From Candidatus Ryanbacteria bacterium CG10_big_fil_rev_8_21_14_0_10_43_42 (lineage in GTDB: Bacteria; Patescibacteriota; Minisyncoccia; Ryanbacterales; 2-02-FULL-48-12), in contig PFEF01000010.1 of NCBI GenBank assembly GCA_002793915.1, positions 60,011 to 124,010 on the forward strand: 64,000 nt of DNA, in the 5' to 3' direction. A program made the translations under genes and the position numbers. The notes under the pieces were generated by a model. That model was not told where the DNA came from. It searched no databases and saw only the letters and a list, made by a program, of their open reading frames with translations. Below are positions 20,175 through 29,996 of this stretch, piece by piece; the first letter of the stretch is position 1; the number at the start of each line of letters is the position of its first letter.

Positions 20175-21491
20175 TTGTTAGGAGGTTATATGAACATAGC
20201 AAAAAAAATACTCCAGTATATATTTCGTGTACAGGCAAAAATGGTGCTAAAGCGTTTTCACCCCAAAATTATTGCCATTACGGGGAGTGTTGGGAAAACA
20301 TCAACAAAAGAGGCTATTTACGCCGTGTTAAAAGAAAAATACACCGTACGCAAGAGTCCCAAGAGTTACAATAGTATGGAGTGGGGTGTTTCGCTTACCA
20401 TTCTCGGACTTGTGTCGGAGTGGAATAATCCCGCGGGGTGGATAAGCAATATCGGAAAGGGGATTATGACGCTGATGGCATCTGATTATCCGGAAATGGT
20501 TATTGTGGAAATGGGTGTTGATCATCCGGGAGATATGGATGTTATGGTGTCACTCGCAAAGCCGGATATCGCCGTTGTAACGGCAATAGGAGACATTCCG
20601 GTTCATGTGGAGTTTTTTGCCGGTCCTAAAGAGCTTGCTCTTGAAAAAGGGCGTATTGTGCGTGCCGTCTCCTCCGACGGGTACGTTATTTTAAATAGCG
20701 ATGATGATGTTGTGCATGATATGCGCGCCGAAGCGCATGGTACGGTGCGTACGTTTGGGGTAGGGCGCGGGGCCGATGTGCATGTGTCGGGATATAAGCT
20801 TACCACGACCGGTAAAGAGCATCATGTTATTCCGAAGGGTATTGCCTGTAAGGCAGATTATCGGGGGACAAGCGTGCCTATACATTTGGAAGGCGTATTT
20901 GGTAAACAGCAGATGTATGTTATCGGAGCGGCTGTTGCGGTTGGTTTAAGTCTTAATATGAATATGGTTGATATTGCGCGCGCGCTTGAAAAAAATTATA
21001 TGCCGTCTCCCGGACGTTTGCGGCTTCTTCCCGGTATTAAAGAAAGTTGGATTTTGGACGATACATATAACGCGAGTCCTATGGCAATGCATGCCGCGCT
21101 TGATACGCTAAAAGATATGCCGGGAGTGCGGCGCATTGCGGTTTTGGCCGATATGCTTGAGATTGGCAAGTTTACCATCAAGGCGCATGAATCGATGGGT
21201 ATGCTGGCGGCTCCGATCGCAAACGTGCTTATTACAGTGGGACCACGCGCTAAATTCATTGCACAAGAAGCACGCGCACGCGGCATGAAAAAGACCGATG
21301 TGGTTGAGTGTGTTTCCGCAGAAGAGGCGGGGAGTTATCTGCAAAGCATAATGGAACCGGGAGATGTTATTTTAGTGAAAGGTTCACAGTCTATGCGGAT
21401 GGAGAAAGTTGTGGAGGAGATAATGGCGCATCCGGAGGATGCGGGTGATTTGCTTGTAAGGCAGGATTCTTATTGGAAGACAAAGACATAG
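20175..21491 (+). CDS. murF: UDP-N-acetylmuramoyl-tripeptide--D-alanyl-D-alanine ligase MurF
   Basis: Mur ligase P-loop ITGSVGKTSTKE; follows ftsI. No murE between ftsI and murF. The true start could be the internal MNIAKK. Confidence 0.75.
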   Translation: MLGGYMNIAKKILQYIFRVQAKMVLKRFHPKIIAITGSVGKTSTKEAIYAVLKEKYTVRKSPKSYNSMEWGVSLTILGLVSEWNNPAGWISNIGKGIMTLMASDYPEMVIVEMGVDHPGDMDVMVSLAKPDIAVVTAIGDIPVHVEFFAGPKELALEKGRIVRAVSSDGYVILNSDDDVVHDMRAEAHGTVRTFGVGRGADVHVSGYKLTTTGKEHHVIPKGIACKADYRGTSVPIHLEGVFGKQQMYVIGAAVAVGLSLNMNMVDIARALEKNYMPSPGRLRLLPGIKESWILDDTYNASPMAMHAALDTLKDMPGVRRIAVLADMLEIGKFTIKAHESMGMLAAPIANVLITVGPRAKFIAQEARARGMKKTDVVECVSAEEAGSYLQSIMEPGDVILVKGSQSMRMEKVVEEIMAHPEDAGDLLVRQDSYWKTKT

Positions 21492-21548
21492 CTGTTGAAT
21501 ATAACGTGATTTTCTGATATCCTGCACAGTGCTTTTTACTATGTCTTT

Positions 21549-21620
21549 GGCCCTATCGTCTAACGGTTAGGACGCCAGGTTCTCATCCTGGAAATCGGGG
21601 TTCGATTCCCCGTGGGGCCG
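21549..21620 (+). tRNA. tRNA-Glu, anticodon CUC
   Basis: Cloverleaf read by hand. Acceptor GGCCCTA/TGGGGCC with one G-U pair, a D-arm, anticodon stem CCAGG/CCTGG with loop TTCTCAT (anticodon CTC), T-arm CGGGG-TTCGATT-CCCCG, discriminator G. No encoded CCA. Confidence 0.8.
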
Positions 21621-21710
21621 CTTATAAACACATTATACCTGTAAATACGTAATGATGTTGCGATGTACGAATGCTTTTTACGTGTCATGTTATATAATTA
21701 AAAAAGCGAT

Positions 21711-22655
21711 ATGAATATCTTACTTCGTTGTCTAATGATTATACTGTCGGTGTGCGGTATGTTCGGCGCGAGTGTGTCTCATGTTGTTTTTGCTGATATC
21801 GTTCCCAATACGGCGGTTGTTACCCGGAATGAACATGCCAGTTCTTCCGCTTCCACTACCGCACAGGAGGGCACTATTCTTATTCAAAACGTTCAGGGGT
21901 TGTTGGATGCGAAAGATCTTACGCGTCCCGAACAGGATCAGGAAAAAGAAGCCATCTTACGGCTTCTCGAAAAACGCCCTATTGCACAGCCGGGTTTGTT
22001 TTCGTTCGGCGGGTGGTTGGTACAACATTCCATACGTATAGGTGTTCCCGCGAATACCATCGTGCTTATTTTACTTCTGCCCGTTCTTGCCGCTTTGGTG
22101 GCGTTTATTCGCGTTATAATAGGTCTGCCTAGTCTTGAAATGCTTGTACCCATTGCTCTTGCGTATGTATTTGTTGCGGTGGGCGTTGTTATTGGGGGTA
22201 TTATTTTAATGACGGTAGTGGCGGCATCTTTTGTATCGCGTATGTTACTTCGCCGCGTTTCTATAATGCACTATCCAAAGCGTTCGCTTTCTATGCTTCT
22301 TTTGTCCCTTACGGTTTTTGCGGCTCTTGCTATAAGTATTGAGCTTGGTTTGGGAAATGTTCAAGATCTCTCCATTTTCCCCATATTAATACTGACGCTT
22401 CTGGGGGATTCAATTGTTTCGGTTCAATTGCATAAAAGCATGCGCGAAGCATTTATCATTATAACGGTTACCATTACTCTCGGATTATTCGGCTTCCTGC
22501 TGGCAACCTTGGATGGTGTGCGCAATATGCTTATCGTGTATCCGGAGGTAATTCTCCTCATTATTCCTATCAATATTATTATGGGTCGGTATTTCGGCCT
22601 TCGATTATCAGAAGTTCTTCGTTTTCATAATTTCAACGCGCATGCCAGTGAGTAA
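21711..22655 (+). CDS. Signal-peptide-bearing polytopic (about 7TM) membrane protein co-transcribed with an ATP-grasp/retropepsin fusion
   Basis: N-terminal signal peptide, a ~90-aa hydrophilic segment, then 6-7 hydrophobic helices. Its stop overlaps the start of the downstream gene by 14 nt. Confidence 0.5.
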   Translation: MNILLRCLMIILSVCGMFGASVSHVVFADIVPNTAVVTRNEHASSSASTTAQEGTILIQNVQGLLDAKDLTRPEQDQEKEAILRLLEKRPIAQPGLFSFGGWLVQHSIRIGVPANTIVLILLLPVLAALVAFIRVIIGLPSLEMLVPIALAYVFVAVGVVIGGIILMTVVAASFVSRMLLRRVSIMHYPKRSLSMLLLSLTVFAALAISIELGLGNVQDLSIFPILILTLLGDSIVSVQLHKSMREAFIIITVTITLGLFGFLLATLDGVRNMLIVYPEVILLIIPINIIMGRYFGLRLSEVLRFHNFNAHASE

Positions 22656-23925
22656 AATCGTATTGGGGATGAATGCGCGCAACTTTCTCTACTTAAGTAA
22701 GTATAACAAAGCGCATGCAAAGCGGCGGGCTGATGATAAATTAGCCACGAAAAATTATCTTATTGCGTCCGGTATTCCAACCGGAACGTCGCTGGCGGTT
22801 TTTCGCTCCCCTCATAATATTCGCACGTTTGACTGGAGTTCATTATCAGGGGATTTTGTTTTAAAGCCTGCGCGCGGGTACGGCGGCGAAGGTATTCTTG
22901 TTGTATACGATTGGAAAGAGGTGAGCGGACATGATATCCATGGCAACGAAATTACTATACATGATCTCGAGTCAAAAATATTTGATATTCTCGATGGTGC
23001 CCATTCCATAGATAGCTTACCGGACCATGCCTTCCTGGAAGAGCGGATTATTATTCAAAACAGTCTGCGTAAAATAAGCGCGGGAGGCGTGCCTGATATT
23101 CGCGTTATTGTGTGCAATCGTGTTCCCATTATGGCGATGCTTCGTCTGCCGACGGTAGAATCCGCCGGGCGTGCGAATTTGCATATGGGAGCACTGGGTA
23201 TCGGCATTGATTTACGCACCGGCATTACCACAAAAGGCATACATCACAACAGTGAAACGCTCTATATTCCGGGAACAAACAGGATAAAAGTTCGCGGTAT
23301 AAAAATTCCTCGATGGGATGAAATAATATCCATTGCCGCGCGTACCCAGGAGGCGTCTGGTCTTGGATATGCGGGTATTGATATTGTTGTTGATGAAACA
23401 AAAGGTCCACTTGTGCTTGAGGTGAATGCCCGGCCGGGACTTACGGTTCAGCTCGCCAATGGCGAGTCTCTTCGTACACGGCTCGAGCGCGTAGCAGATT
23501 TAAAGGTTAATTCCGTTGAGAAGGGCATTGATATTGCAAAAAAATTATTTGCGGAAGCGGTTTTGGAAGTTGTGCCGGTTAAGGATAATATCCTTTCCGT
23601 AATTGAAAAAATACAAATAATAGGAAGCAATAAAAAACGCAAAACGGTATTTGCAAAAATCGACACGGGCGCATATCGTACATCTCTTGATAGTGCGCTT
23701 GTGCGCGAGCTTGATCTTCATGTGCGTGATGAGCGCATTTTCGTAAAAGCGGGGGCCGGTTCTCAAGAACGGCACACGGCAAAGGTAACTCTTCGCATCC
23801 GCGGAAAAGAAATTAAAACAATTGCTTCTTTCGTTGATAGGGCGCATATGCGTTTTCCCATTATTATCGGCAGGCGCGATCTGAAAGGATTTCTGGTGGA
23901 TCCCAATAAGTACTCCCGCAGATAA
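22642..23925 (+). CDS. RimK-related alpha-L-glutamate-ligase-like ATP-grasp enzyme fused to a C-terminal retropepsin-like (clan AA, DTGA) aspartic protease domain
   Basis: N-terminal ILGMNARNFLYL...DDKLATKNYL typical of RimK-related ligases. ATP-grasp core (VLKPARGYGGEGI, LEVNARPGL). C-terminal KIDTGAYRTSLD ... IIIGRRDL aspartic protease motifs. Confidence 0.65.
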   Translation: MPVSKIVLGMNARNFLYLSKYNKAHAKRRADDKLATKNYLIASGIPTGTSLAVFRSPHNIRTFDWSSLSGDFVLKPARGYGGEGILVVYDWKEVSGHDIHGNEITIHDLESKIFDILDGAHSIDSLPDHAFLEERIIIQNSLRKISAGGVPDIRVIVCNRVPIMAMLRLPTVESAGRANLHMGALGIGIDLRTGITTKGIHHNSETLYIPGTNRIKVRGIKIPRWDEIISIAARTQEASGLGYAGIDIVVDETKGPLVLEVNARPGLTVQLANGESLRTRLERVADLKVNSVEKGIDIAKKLFAEAVLEVVPVKDNILSVIEKIQIIGSNKKRKTVFAKIDTGAYRTSLDSALVRELDLHVRDERIFVKAGAGSQERHTAKVTLRIRGKEIKTIASFVDRAHMRFPIIIGRRDLKGFLVDPNKYSRR

Positions 23926-23971
23926 TAAAAACCCCGCTGGTGGCAGGGTGTTGATTATGGAGTGACATACA

Positions 23972-24364
23972 TTAGCTCTTTAAGAAGGATCTTTTTAGAA
24001 TAATTTGTTTTAAATCTATCAAAAGAAGGCTTTTTAAAATGACCCTTCGGAGCTTTGCAAGATACGTCGAAGGATAGGGTGTATTTTGTTCTATAAGTTG
24101 GCGTACCGCATCCACCGCAAGGCGGACAGATAAGCTTTTGGTTATATTAGGAGATGTAAATATAAGACATAAAGCGCTACATGCATAGCAGTCAGTCAGG
24201 TGAACGCTTTGCTCTTCTATATATCCTTTTTGCTTTTTAGAATCAAATCCGGTTTCAAGAATTTTTGCCAGCATAAAAGCGATATGACTGCTTTTAATTT
24301 GCTCACGCATTTCTTCGATAGGGGTTGTATGTTCCCGATACAAGCGGTATATTGTCCTCCACAT
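23972..24364 (-). CDS. Hypothetical 130-aa protein downstream of the MGMT-like gene
   Basis: Open reading frame only; no family recognised. Confidence 0.3.
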   Translation of the reverse strand: MWRTIYRLYREHTTPIEEMREQIKSSHIAFMLAKILETGFDSKKQKGYIEEQSVHLTDCYACSALCLIFTSPNITKSLSVRLAVDAVRQLIEQNTPYPSTYLAKLRRVILKSLLLIDLKQIILKRSFLKS

Positions 24365-24457
24365 AATAACTCCTCCATTTCAATTTAAAAGGATGATCTA
24401 TCACATTTGTACACTATACTGAAAAAAAGTCAATAGTTTTTTGAGAACAATATACCA

Positions 24458-24754
24458 CTACCGAAGATTATGTTTTTCGTACGCACCTTCCTTTTTTAAG
24501 AGTTCTTTTTTCCGTTCCGCACCGCGATTATATCCTCCGATAGTACCATCAGAACGAATAACGCGGTGACAGGGAATATCCGGATTGAAATTTTGCTTCA
24601 TGATTATGCCAACGGCGCGTGCGGCTCCGGGGTTTCCGGCCACTATAGCCACCTCTTTATACGACATAACAGTACCCTTGGGTATTCGAGCAACTGTGGC
24701 AAGAACACGTTCACGAAATGATTTCATATGCGTATAAGCGTACCATATTTGCAT
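24458..24754 (-). CDS. ogt: Short methylated-DNA--protein-cysteine methyltransferase (MGMT C-terminal domain only, active-site Cys retained)
   Basis: PCHRVI active-site motif and HTH region (AGNPGAARAVG). 98 aa with no N-terminal domain. Confidence 0.65.
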   Translation of the reverse strand: MQIWYAYTHMKSFRERVLATVARIPKGTVMSYKEVAIVAGNPGAARAVGIIMKQNFNPDIPCHRVIRSDGTIGGYNRGAERKKELLKKEGAYEKHNLR

Positions 24755-24827
24755 TCAAAAAAAAGTTTGTTATAGTGGATGCGCTTTTTCCTTTATCCAT
24801 CCACTTATCACGTGGTACCATGTACAT

Positions 24828-27500
24828 ATGCAGAATAAAAAAGAATGGCATACAATAAGTGAAAAAGACATTAAACAGCTTTTAGAGGTTGATGTACATG
24901 CCGGACTTTCTTCGCAGGAAGCCGCTCGCCGTCTTGCCAGATGGGGGGAAAATCGCATAACAAAAAAGCAGGAGTTTCGTCTTCTTTCCATTATATGGCA
25001 CCAATTTAAAAACCCCCTTATTATCATTTTGATGGGAGCGGGAGGTATTTCCTTCTTTTTAGGAGAGTATACCGATGCCACCATTATTTTTCTCACCATT
25101 GTTGTTAATGCTTTTGTCGGTGTAATACAAGAGGGGCGTGCATCGCGGGCGTTTGCCAAACTGCAGGAACATGTTACAAAACATGCGGTGGTACTGCGGG
25201 GCGGACATGAACAACAGATAGAATCGGCACAAATTGTGCCGGGAGATGTTGTTGTACTTCGCACGGGGGATTCTGTTCCGGCGGATGCGCGTATTATGGA
25301 AGCGCGAAACGTGCGCGTTAATGAATCCGCTCTTACAGGTGAGTGGATTGATATAGATAAAATGCCGGGAGTAGTGCCACCGGAAACACATCTCACGGAT
25401 CGGACGAATATGGTGTGGGCGGGGACCCTTATGGAGGATGGATGGGCACGGGTGCTTGTGGTGAATACGGCGAATGATACCCAATTTGGAAAGATAAGCT
25501 TGCTGGTAGGTGAGACGAGAAAGGTCCGCACGCCGCTTCAAAAGAGTATGGCATCTCTTGCTAAAACAATCAGTATGTTTGTTTTAGCAACGGTGATATT
25601 AATATTTTTCTTGGGTGTTTTGCGCGGACAGTCCGTTGCGGAAATGTTTATCACATCTGTAGCGATTGCAGTGGCTGCCGTTCCGGAAGGCCTTCCAATT
25701 GCCGTTACGGTTATTTTGGCTCTTGGCATGGAACGCATCTTAAAGCGTGGGGGATTGGTGAAAAAATTAACTGCCGCGGAAACGCTTGGATCTACAAGTA
25801 TTATTCTTACCGATAAAACAGGTACTCTTACGCAGGGACGCATGCAGGTCTCAGCCGTACAGACGGCATTTCATCTGTTTCAGAAAAAACCGGCGGGAGA
25901 CACCCCTATTGAACACACAGGGAATACTTTCGCGCTTCATATCGGCGTATTTACGTCGGACGCATTTATAGAAAATCCGGAAGCCGATTTGGCTGAATGG
26001 CAGGTGCGCGGTACGCCTACGGATAAAGCGCTTTTACTTGCAGGTATTCAGGGGGGAGTGCGGTTAACAGATGCGCTTTTAAAAGAACCAAAGTTGGATT
26101 TTTTACCGTTTGAATCGGAACGGCGATTTGCGGCGTCCCTGCATAAAGGGATAAAGACGGGAACAACGTTATATGTTACGGGAGCACCCGAACTCATTCT
26201 TGCGCATGCGGCGCGCGTACAAATGGAAAAAAGTACGACTATTCTTTCAAAAATACGATGCGGTTTTTTGCGGGAAGAATATGAACGCATGACATCCGAC
26301 GGAAATCGGGTGGTGGCGGTCGGGTTTAAAAAGGAGACTATGTCCGTTATTCCGTCCGACAGCGGAGAAGAGCTGTTGGAAGGCCTTACATTCGTGGGCT
26401 TTATCGCTTTTCACGATCCTCTTCGTCCGGATGCGGCGGAATCCATTGCTCTTGCGAAACAAGCAGGGCTTCGTCCTATTATCATGACGGGGGATCATAA
26501 ACTTACCGCACGAAAAATCGGGCAGGAAATTGGTATTGATGTTGATAGTCAGATTGTACTTGAAGGAAAGGATTTGGAAGCTATGGATGATGAAACTTTG
26601 CAAGCACGTGCGCCGGACATAGGTGTGTATGCGCGTGTACTTCCCCATCAAAAACTACGCATTGCCGAGGCATGGCAGAGACGGGGTGCTATTGTCGCTA
26701 TGACGGGGGACGGCGTGAATGATGCCCCCGCTCTTAAGCGTGCCGATGTGGGTGTGGCGCTTGGTTCCGGTACGGAGGTAGCGAAGGAGGCGGCGGACGT
26801 GGTACTTCTTGAGAACAGTTTTGCGGCATTGGTAGCGGCAATCAAACAGGGACGTGTTATTGTGGATAATCTGCGAAAGGTTATTACGTTTGTGTTTGCA
26901 ACCGGGTTTACTGAAATTATTTTAGTGGGCGGAGCGCTTCTTTTTGGGTTTCCTTTGCCGGTTCTTGCATCGCAAATTTTATGGACGAATCTGGTGGGGG
27001 AAGGGCTTCTTAACTTCGCTTTTGCGCTTGAGCCGGAGGAAGATGATGTTATGAAGCAAAAGCCGCGAAAAGGCGGACACATTATAACGCGGGAGATGTG
27101 GTTTCTTATTTTAGTAATAGGCGTTGTAACGGATGTTCTTTTATTCGGGCTTTTCCTTTTCCTTTCGCGGTTAGGATACACCATAGAAAATATTCGTACC
27201 ATTATGTTTGTGGGACTTACCGTCGATTCTCTCTTTTTTGCTTATTCACTGCGTAGTTTGCGTCGTCCTTTTTGGCGTATTCGCGCGTTTTCCAATCCCT
27301 TTTTTCTGTTTGCCTTTGCGCTTAGCGTGGCATTACTGTTAAGTGTGTTTTATATTCCGGCATTGGGCGAGCTTCTCTCGGTAACGACTCTTGATTCGCT
27401 TGAAGTAGGTCTTATTGTCGCTCTTGGCATAATTGATGTTATTCTTATTGAAGTGGGAAAAAGATATATAAGGAGAAAAAGCGCTATCGGAGGTAAGTAA
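24828..27500 (+). CDS. P-type cation-transporting ATPase (type IIA Ca2+/Mg2+-like)
   Basis: DKTGTLT phosphorylation motif, TGDGVNDAPAL hinge, TGES-like actuator motif (TGEW), about 10 TM helices. Confidence 0.85.
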   Translation: MQNKKEWHTISEKDIKQLLEVDVHAGLSSQEAARRLARWGENRITKKQEFRLLSIIWHQFKNPLIIILMGAGGISFFLGEYTDATIIFLTIVVNAFVGVIQEGRASRAFAKLQEHVTKHAVVLRGGHEQQIESAQIVPGDVVVLRTGDSVPADARIMEARNVRVNESALTGEWIDIDKMPGVVPPETHLTDRTNMVWAGTLMEDGWARVLVVNTANDTQFGKISLLVGETRKVRTPLQKSMASLAKTISMFVLATVILIFFLGVLRGQSVAEMFITSVAIAVAAVPEGLPIAVTVILALGMERILKRGGLVKKLTAAETLGSTSIILTDKTGTLTQGRMQVSAVQTAFHLFQKKPAGDTPIEHTGNTFALHIGVFTSDAFIENPEADLAEWQVRGTPTDKALLLAGIQGGVRLTDALLKEPKLDFLPFESERRFAASLHKGIKTGTTLYVTGAPELILAHAARVQMEKSTTILSKIRCGFLREEYERMTSDGNRVVAVGFKKETMSVIPSDSGEELLEGLTFVGFIAFHDPLRPDAAESIALAKQAGLRPIIMTGDHKLTARKIGQEIGIDVDSQIVLEGKDLEAMDDETLQARAPDIGVYARVLPHQKLRIAEAWQRRGAIVAMTGDGVNDAPALKRADVGVALGSGTEVAKEAADVVLLENSFAALVAAIKQGRVIVDNLRKVITFVFATGFTEIILVGGALLFGFPLPVLASQILWTNLVGEGLLNFAFALEPEEDDVMKQKPRKGGHIITREMWFLILVIGVVTDVLLFGLFLFLSRLGYTIENIRTIMFVGLTVDSLFFAYSLRSLRRPFWRIRAFSNPFFLFAFALSVALLLSVFYIPALGELLSVTTLDSLEVGLIVALGIIDVILIEVGKRYIRRKSAIGGK

Positions 27501-27507
27501 CGTTTCC

Positions 27508-28551
27508 ATGAATACTATATTTATCATTTTTTTAGGGGTTTTAGTCATCGGTGTTATTGTTGTAATCTGGCTTTTACTGCGCGCAAAAAAACAGCCGGAG
27601 GATAGTGGAGCACTCACAATACTTCAAAATCAGATGAATGAAATTACACGCACGCTTGATAAGCGCTTGGGAGAATCAGCGGTGCATATGCAATCACAAT
27701 TTCATGAGAGTATGCGTGCGTCAAAGGATCTTACCGAAAAATTGGTGCGCCTCGAAGAGACGAACAAGCAAGTGGTGGGATTTGCCGATCAGCTGAAGAA
27801 TTTACAGGATATTCTTCGTAACCCCAAACAACGGGGTGTATTGGGCGAATATTATTTGGAGACGGTTCTTAAAAATGTACTCCCACCGGGCAGTTATCAG
27901 ATGCAGTATCCGTTTGCTGATGGGAGTATTGTAGATGCGGTTGTATTTGCGGGTGAGAAAATTATTCCCATTGATTCCAAATTTTCTTTGGAAAACTATG
28001 AACGTCTGCGTGTGGCACAGGATGCTTCGGAGCATGATCGTCTGGAAAAAGTATTCAAGCAGGATTTAAAAATGCGTATCGACGAAACTTCAAAGTATAT
28101 AAAGCCGATGGAAAATACTATGGATTTCGCCATGATGTTCATTCCGTCGGAGGGAATTTATTACGATTTACTGGTAAGTAAGGTGGGAGCAGTACAAGTA
28201 TCTGCCATGGATTTGGTGGAATATGCCTTTAAGAAAAATGTTATTGTTGTTTCGCCGACATCATTTTTGGCATATTTACAGACAGTTCTTCACGGGCTTC
28301 GGGCGCTAAAAATAGAAGAATCGGCAAAAGAGATAAGAAAGAACGTGGAAGTTCTTCAGAAACATCTCTTAACGTATGATTCTTATATGCAAAAACTGGG
28401 GACACAGATGGGTACGGTGGTAAATACGTATAATACGGGATACAAAGAATTCAAAAAAATAGATAAAGATATGCTTCGCATAACGGGGGAGGGTAATGCT
28501 ATAGATCCTTTACTGATAGAAAAACCGCACGGTGGGGACGAAGAAAATTAG
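27508..28551 (+). CDS. rmuC: DNA recombination protein RmuC
   Basis: N-terminal TM segment, a long coiled-coil, and a conserved C-terminal RmuC nuclease-like domain. Confidence 0.7.
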   Translation: MNTIFIIFLGVLVIGVIVVIWLLLRAKKQPEDSGALTILQNQMNEITRTLDKRLGESAVHMQSQFHESMRASKDLTEKLVRLEETNKQVVGFADQLKNLQDILRNPKQRGVLGEYYLETVLKNVLPPGSYQMQYPFADGSIVDAVVFAGEKIIPIDSKFSLENYERLRVAQDASEHDRLEKVFKQDLKMRIDETSKYIKPMENTMDFAMMFIPSEGIYYDLLVSKVGAVQVSAMDLVEYAFKKNVIVVSPTSFLAYLQTVLHGLRALKIEESAKEIRKNVEVLQKHLLTYDSYMQKLGTQMGTVVNTYNTGYKEFKKIDKDMLRITGEGNAIDPLLIEKPHGGDEEN

Positions 28552-28565
28552 AAAGTGTGGTGATG

Positions 28566-28587
28566 AAAGGGTCGGTACCCCTTTTTT
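28566..28587. terminator. Bidirectional intrinsic terminator between rmuC (+) and a minus-strand ORF
   Basis: aaaggg-(tcggtac)-cccttt hairpin flanked by T-run on + and A-run on -. Confidence 0.5.
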
Positions 28588-28608
28588 CCATAAAAAAAGA
28601 GCATATTG

Positions 28609-28896
28609 CTATGCTCCGGTTCTTACACGTTGGCCATATATATTATATGGCCCGTTGCACTGCGTAAGATGCATTTTTGATGGCGTCACGAGTCCTTGAC
28701 TTGGATGAATTTGCCATCCGAGTTTCTCGAGCGTTTTCGGTACTTCGTTAGTGGGAACATAAGGAGGTATAATGATAAAGGCCACGTATTTCGGTTCCGT
28801 GCATTCGGTACGGACCTTAATAGAAGGGGTATCAGTCGCGGTTTTTTCATCATTAAGATAATCCACATTGTCGAATGCGGGAATTACGTAACGCAT
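28609..28896 (-). CDS. Hypothetical 95-aa protein
   Basis: Open reading frame with a terminator-flanked 3' end; no family recognised. Confidence 0.3.
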   Translation of the reverse strand: MRYVIPAFDNVDYLNDEKTATDTPSIKVRTECTEPKYVAFIIIPPYVPTNEVPKTLEKLGWQIHPSQGLVTPSKMHLTQCNGPYNIYGQRVRTGA

Positions 28897-29013
28897 AACT
28901 AAGCTCCTTTAAGGCATGTTTTTAAGTACTTTACAATATAGAAAAAATATGTCAATATGTACATATAATCGTTTATCTGCTATATTTTGCAGACTAAATC
29001 TTAAATAAATCTT

Positions 29014-29322
29014 ATGGCAATTGCGGTAATAAAAACGGGAGGAAAACAATATATTGTTGAGCCCGGTGTAAAACTGAAGATAGAAAAGCTACCCCAGGAA
29101 GAGGGGACTGTTACATTTGAAGAAGTGTTACTTGTATCGGATGACGCGTCTACCACGGTGGGAGAACCGACGGTGCCGGGAGCTGTGGTAACCGCAAAGA
29201 TAATGGGATCCGGACGCAGTCGGAAGATAACGAATTTGCGCTTTCATTCAAAAACGCGTCATCGCCGAAAAAAAGGACATAGACAGTGTTATACCGAAGT
29301 GGAAATCACAAATATAGCATAG
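29014..29322 (+). CDS. rplU: 50S ribosomal protein L21
   Basis: MAIAVIKTGGKQYIVEPG... resembles bL21. Not followed here by rpmA, which sits at 37.4 kb on the opposite strand. Confidence 0.85.
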   Translation: MAIAVIKTGGKQYIVEPGVKLKIEKLPQEEGTVTFEEVLLVSDDASTTVGEPTVPGAVVTAKIMGSGRSRKITNLRFHSKTRHRRKKGHRQCYTEVEITNIA

Positions 29323-29324
29323 TA

Positions 29325-29354
29325 AAATCCCGCGCAATCCCCGCGGGATTTTTT
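29325..29354. terminator. Bidirectional intrinsic terminator between rplU (+) and recR (-)
   Basis: aaatcccgcg-(caatccc)-cgcgggattt hairpin followed by TTTT. Confidence 0.6.
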
Positions 29355-29384
29355 ATGGAGGCGTACCTCAAAGTTGGCGAAGCC

Positions 29385-29996
29385 CTATGTTCTGTTTTTG
29401 AGGGCGGCGTCTAGGGTCAGTATATCTGCATATTCAATTTCAGCGCCTGTAGAAAGTCCGCGACCGAGACGGGTGAGCTTGGCGGGAAGGGGATCCAAAA
29501 TACGTTCTATGTAATTTGCCGTCTGATTGCCGGGGAGGGTATTGGATGTTGCCACAATAACTTCTACGGAGGATGGGTCCTTAAACGCCTTAATGCGTTC
29601 GAAAAGCTCGCGCAAATGGAGTTTTTCGCCGGGACTTTTTTCCAGAGGAGAAATAGAACCTCCCGTTACATGATAGAGACCGGTATATGTGCCGGAAGAT
29701 TCGAATACTTCAACATCTGATTCTTTTTCAACAACAAGAATAATATTTTTATTTCTGCTTTCGGACAGGCAAATATCGCACCGGGTAGTATTGGTATGTC
29801 GTTCGGTCATACGAAAACAAAGCGAGCACTGGATTATATCGTCGGAAAGGGCGCGTATGTCTTCTGCAAAGCGTTTCAGATATGAGGCGTCCTTTTTGGC
29901 AAGTGCGTATGAAAGACGGACTGCCTGACGCGGTCCAATGCCGGGAAGCTCGCGTAAATGGTCTATAAGATATTTGAGTCGTTTAGGATACGCCAT
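29385..29996 (-). CDS. recR: Recombination protein RecR
   Basis: Starts MAYPKRLKYLIDHLRELPGIGPRQAVRL (HhH), C4 zinc finger CSLCFRMTERHTNTTRCDIC, and a Toprim domain. The ORF-track N-terminal extension is rejected. Confidence 0.8.
   Translation of the reverse strand: MAYPKRLKYLIDHLRELPGIGPRQAVRLSYALAKKDASYLKRFAEDIRALSDDIIQCSLCFRMTERHTNTTRCDICLSESRNKNIILVVEKESDVEVFESSGTYTGLYHVTGGSISPLEKSPGEKLHLRELFERIKAFKDPSSVEVIVATSNTLPGNQTANYIERILDPLPAKLTRLGRGLSTGAEIEYADILTLDAALKNRT

Noticed and set aside
24755-24827. Metal-responsive operator in the divergent MGMT/P-type ATPase promoter region (CACGTG, GGATG...CATCC)
   Set aside because: Only short, low-complexity palindromes are present. They are insufficient to call a binding site.
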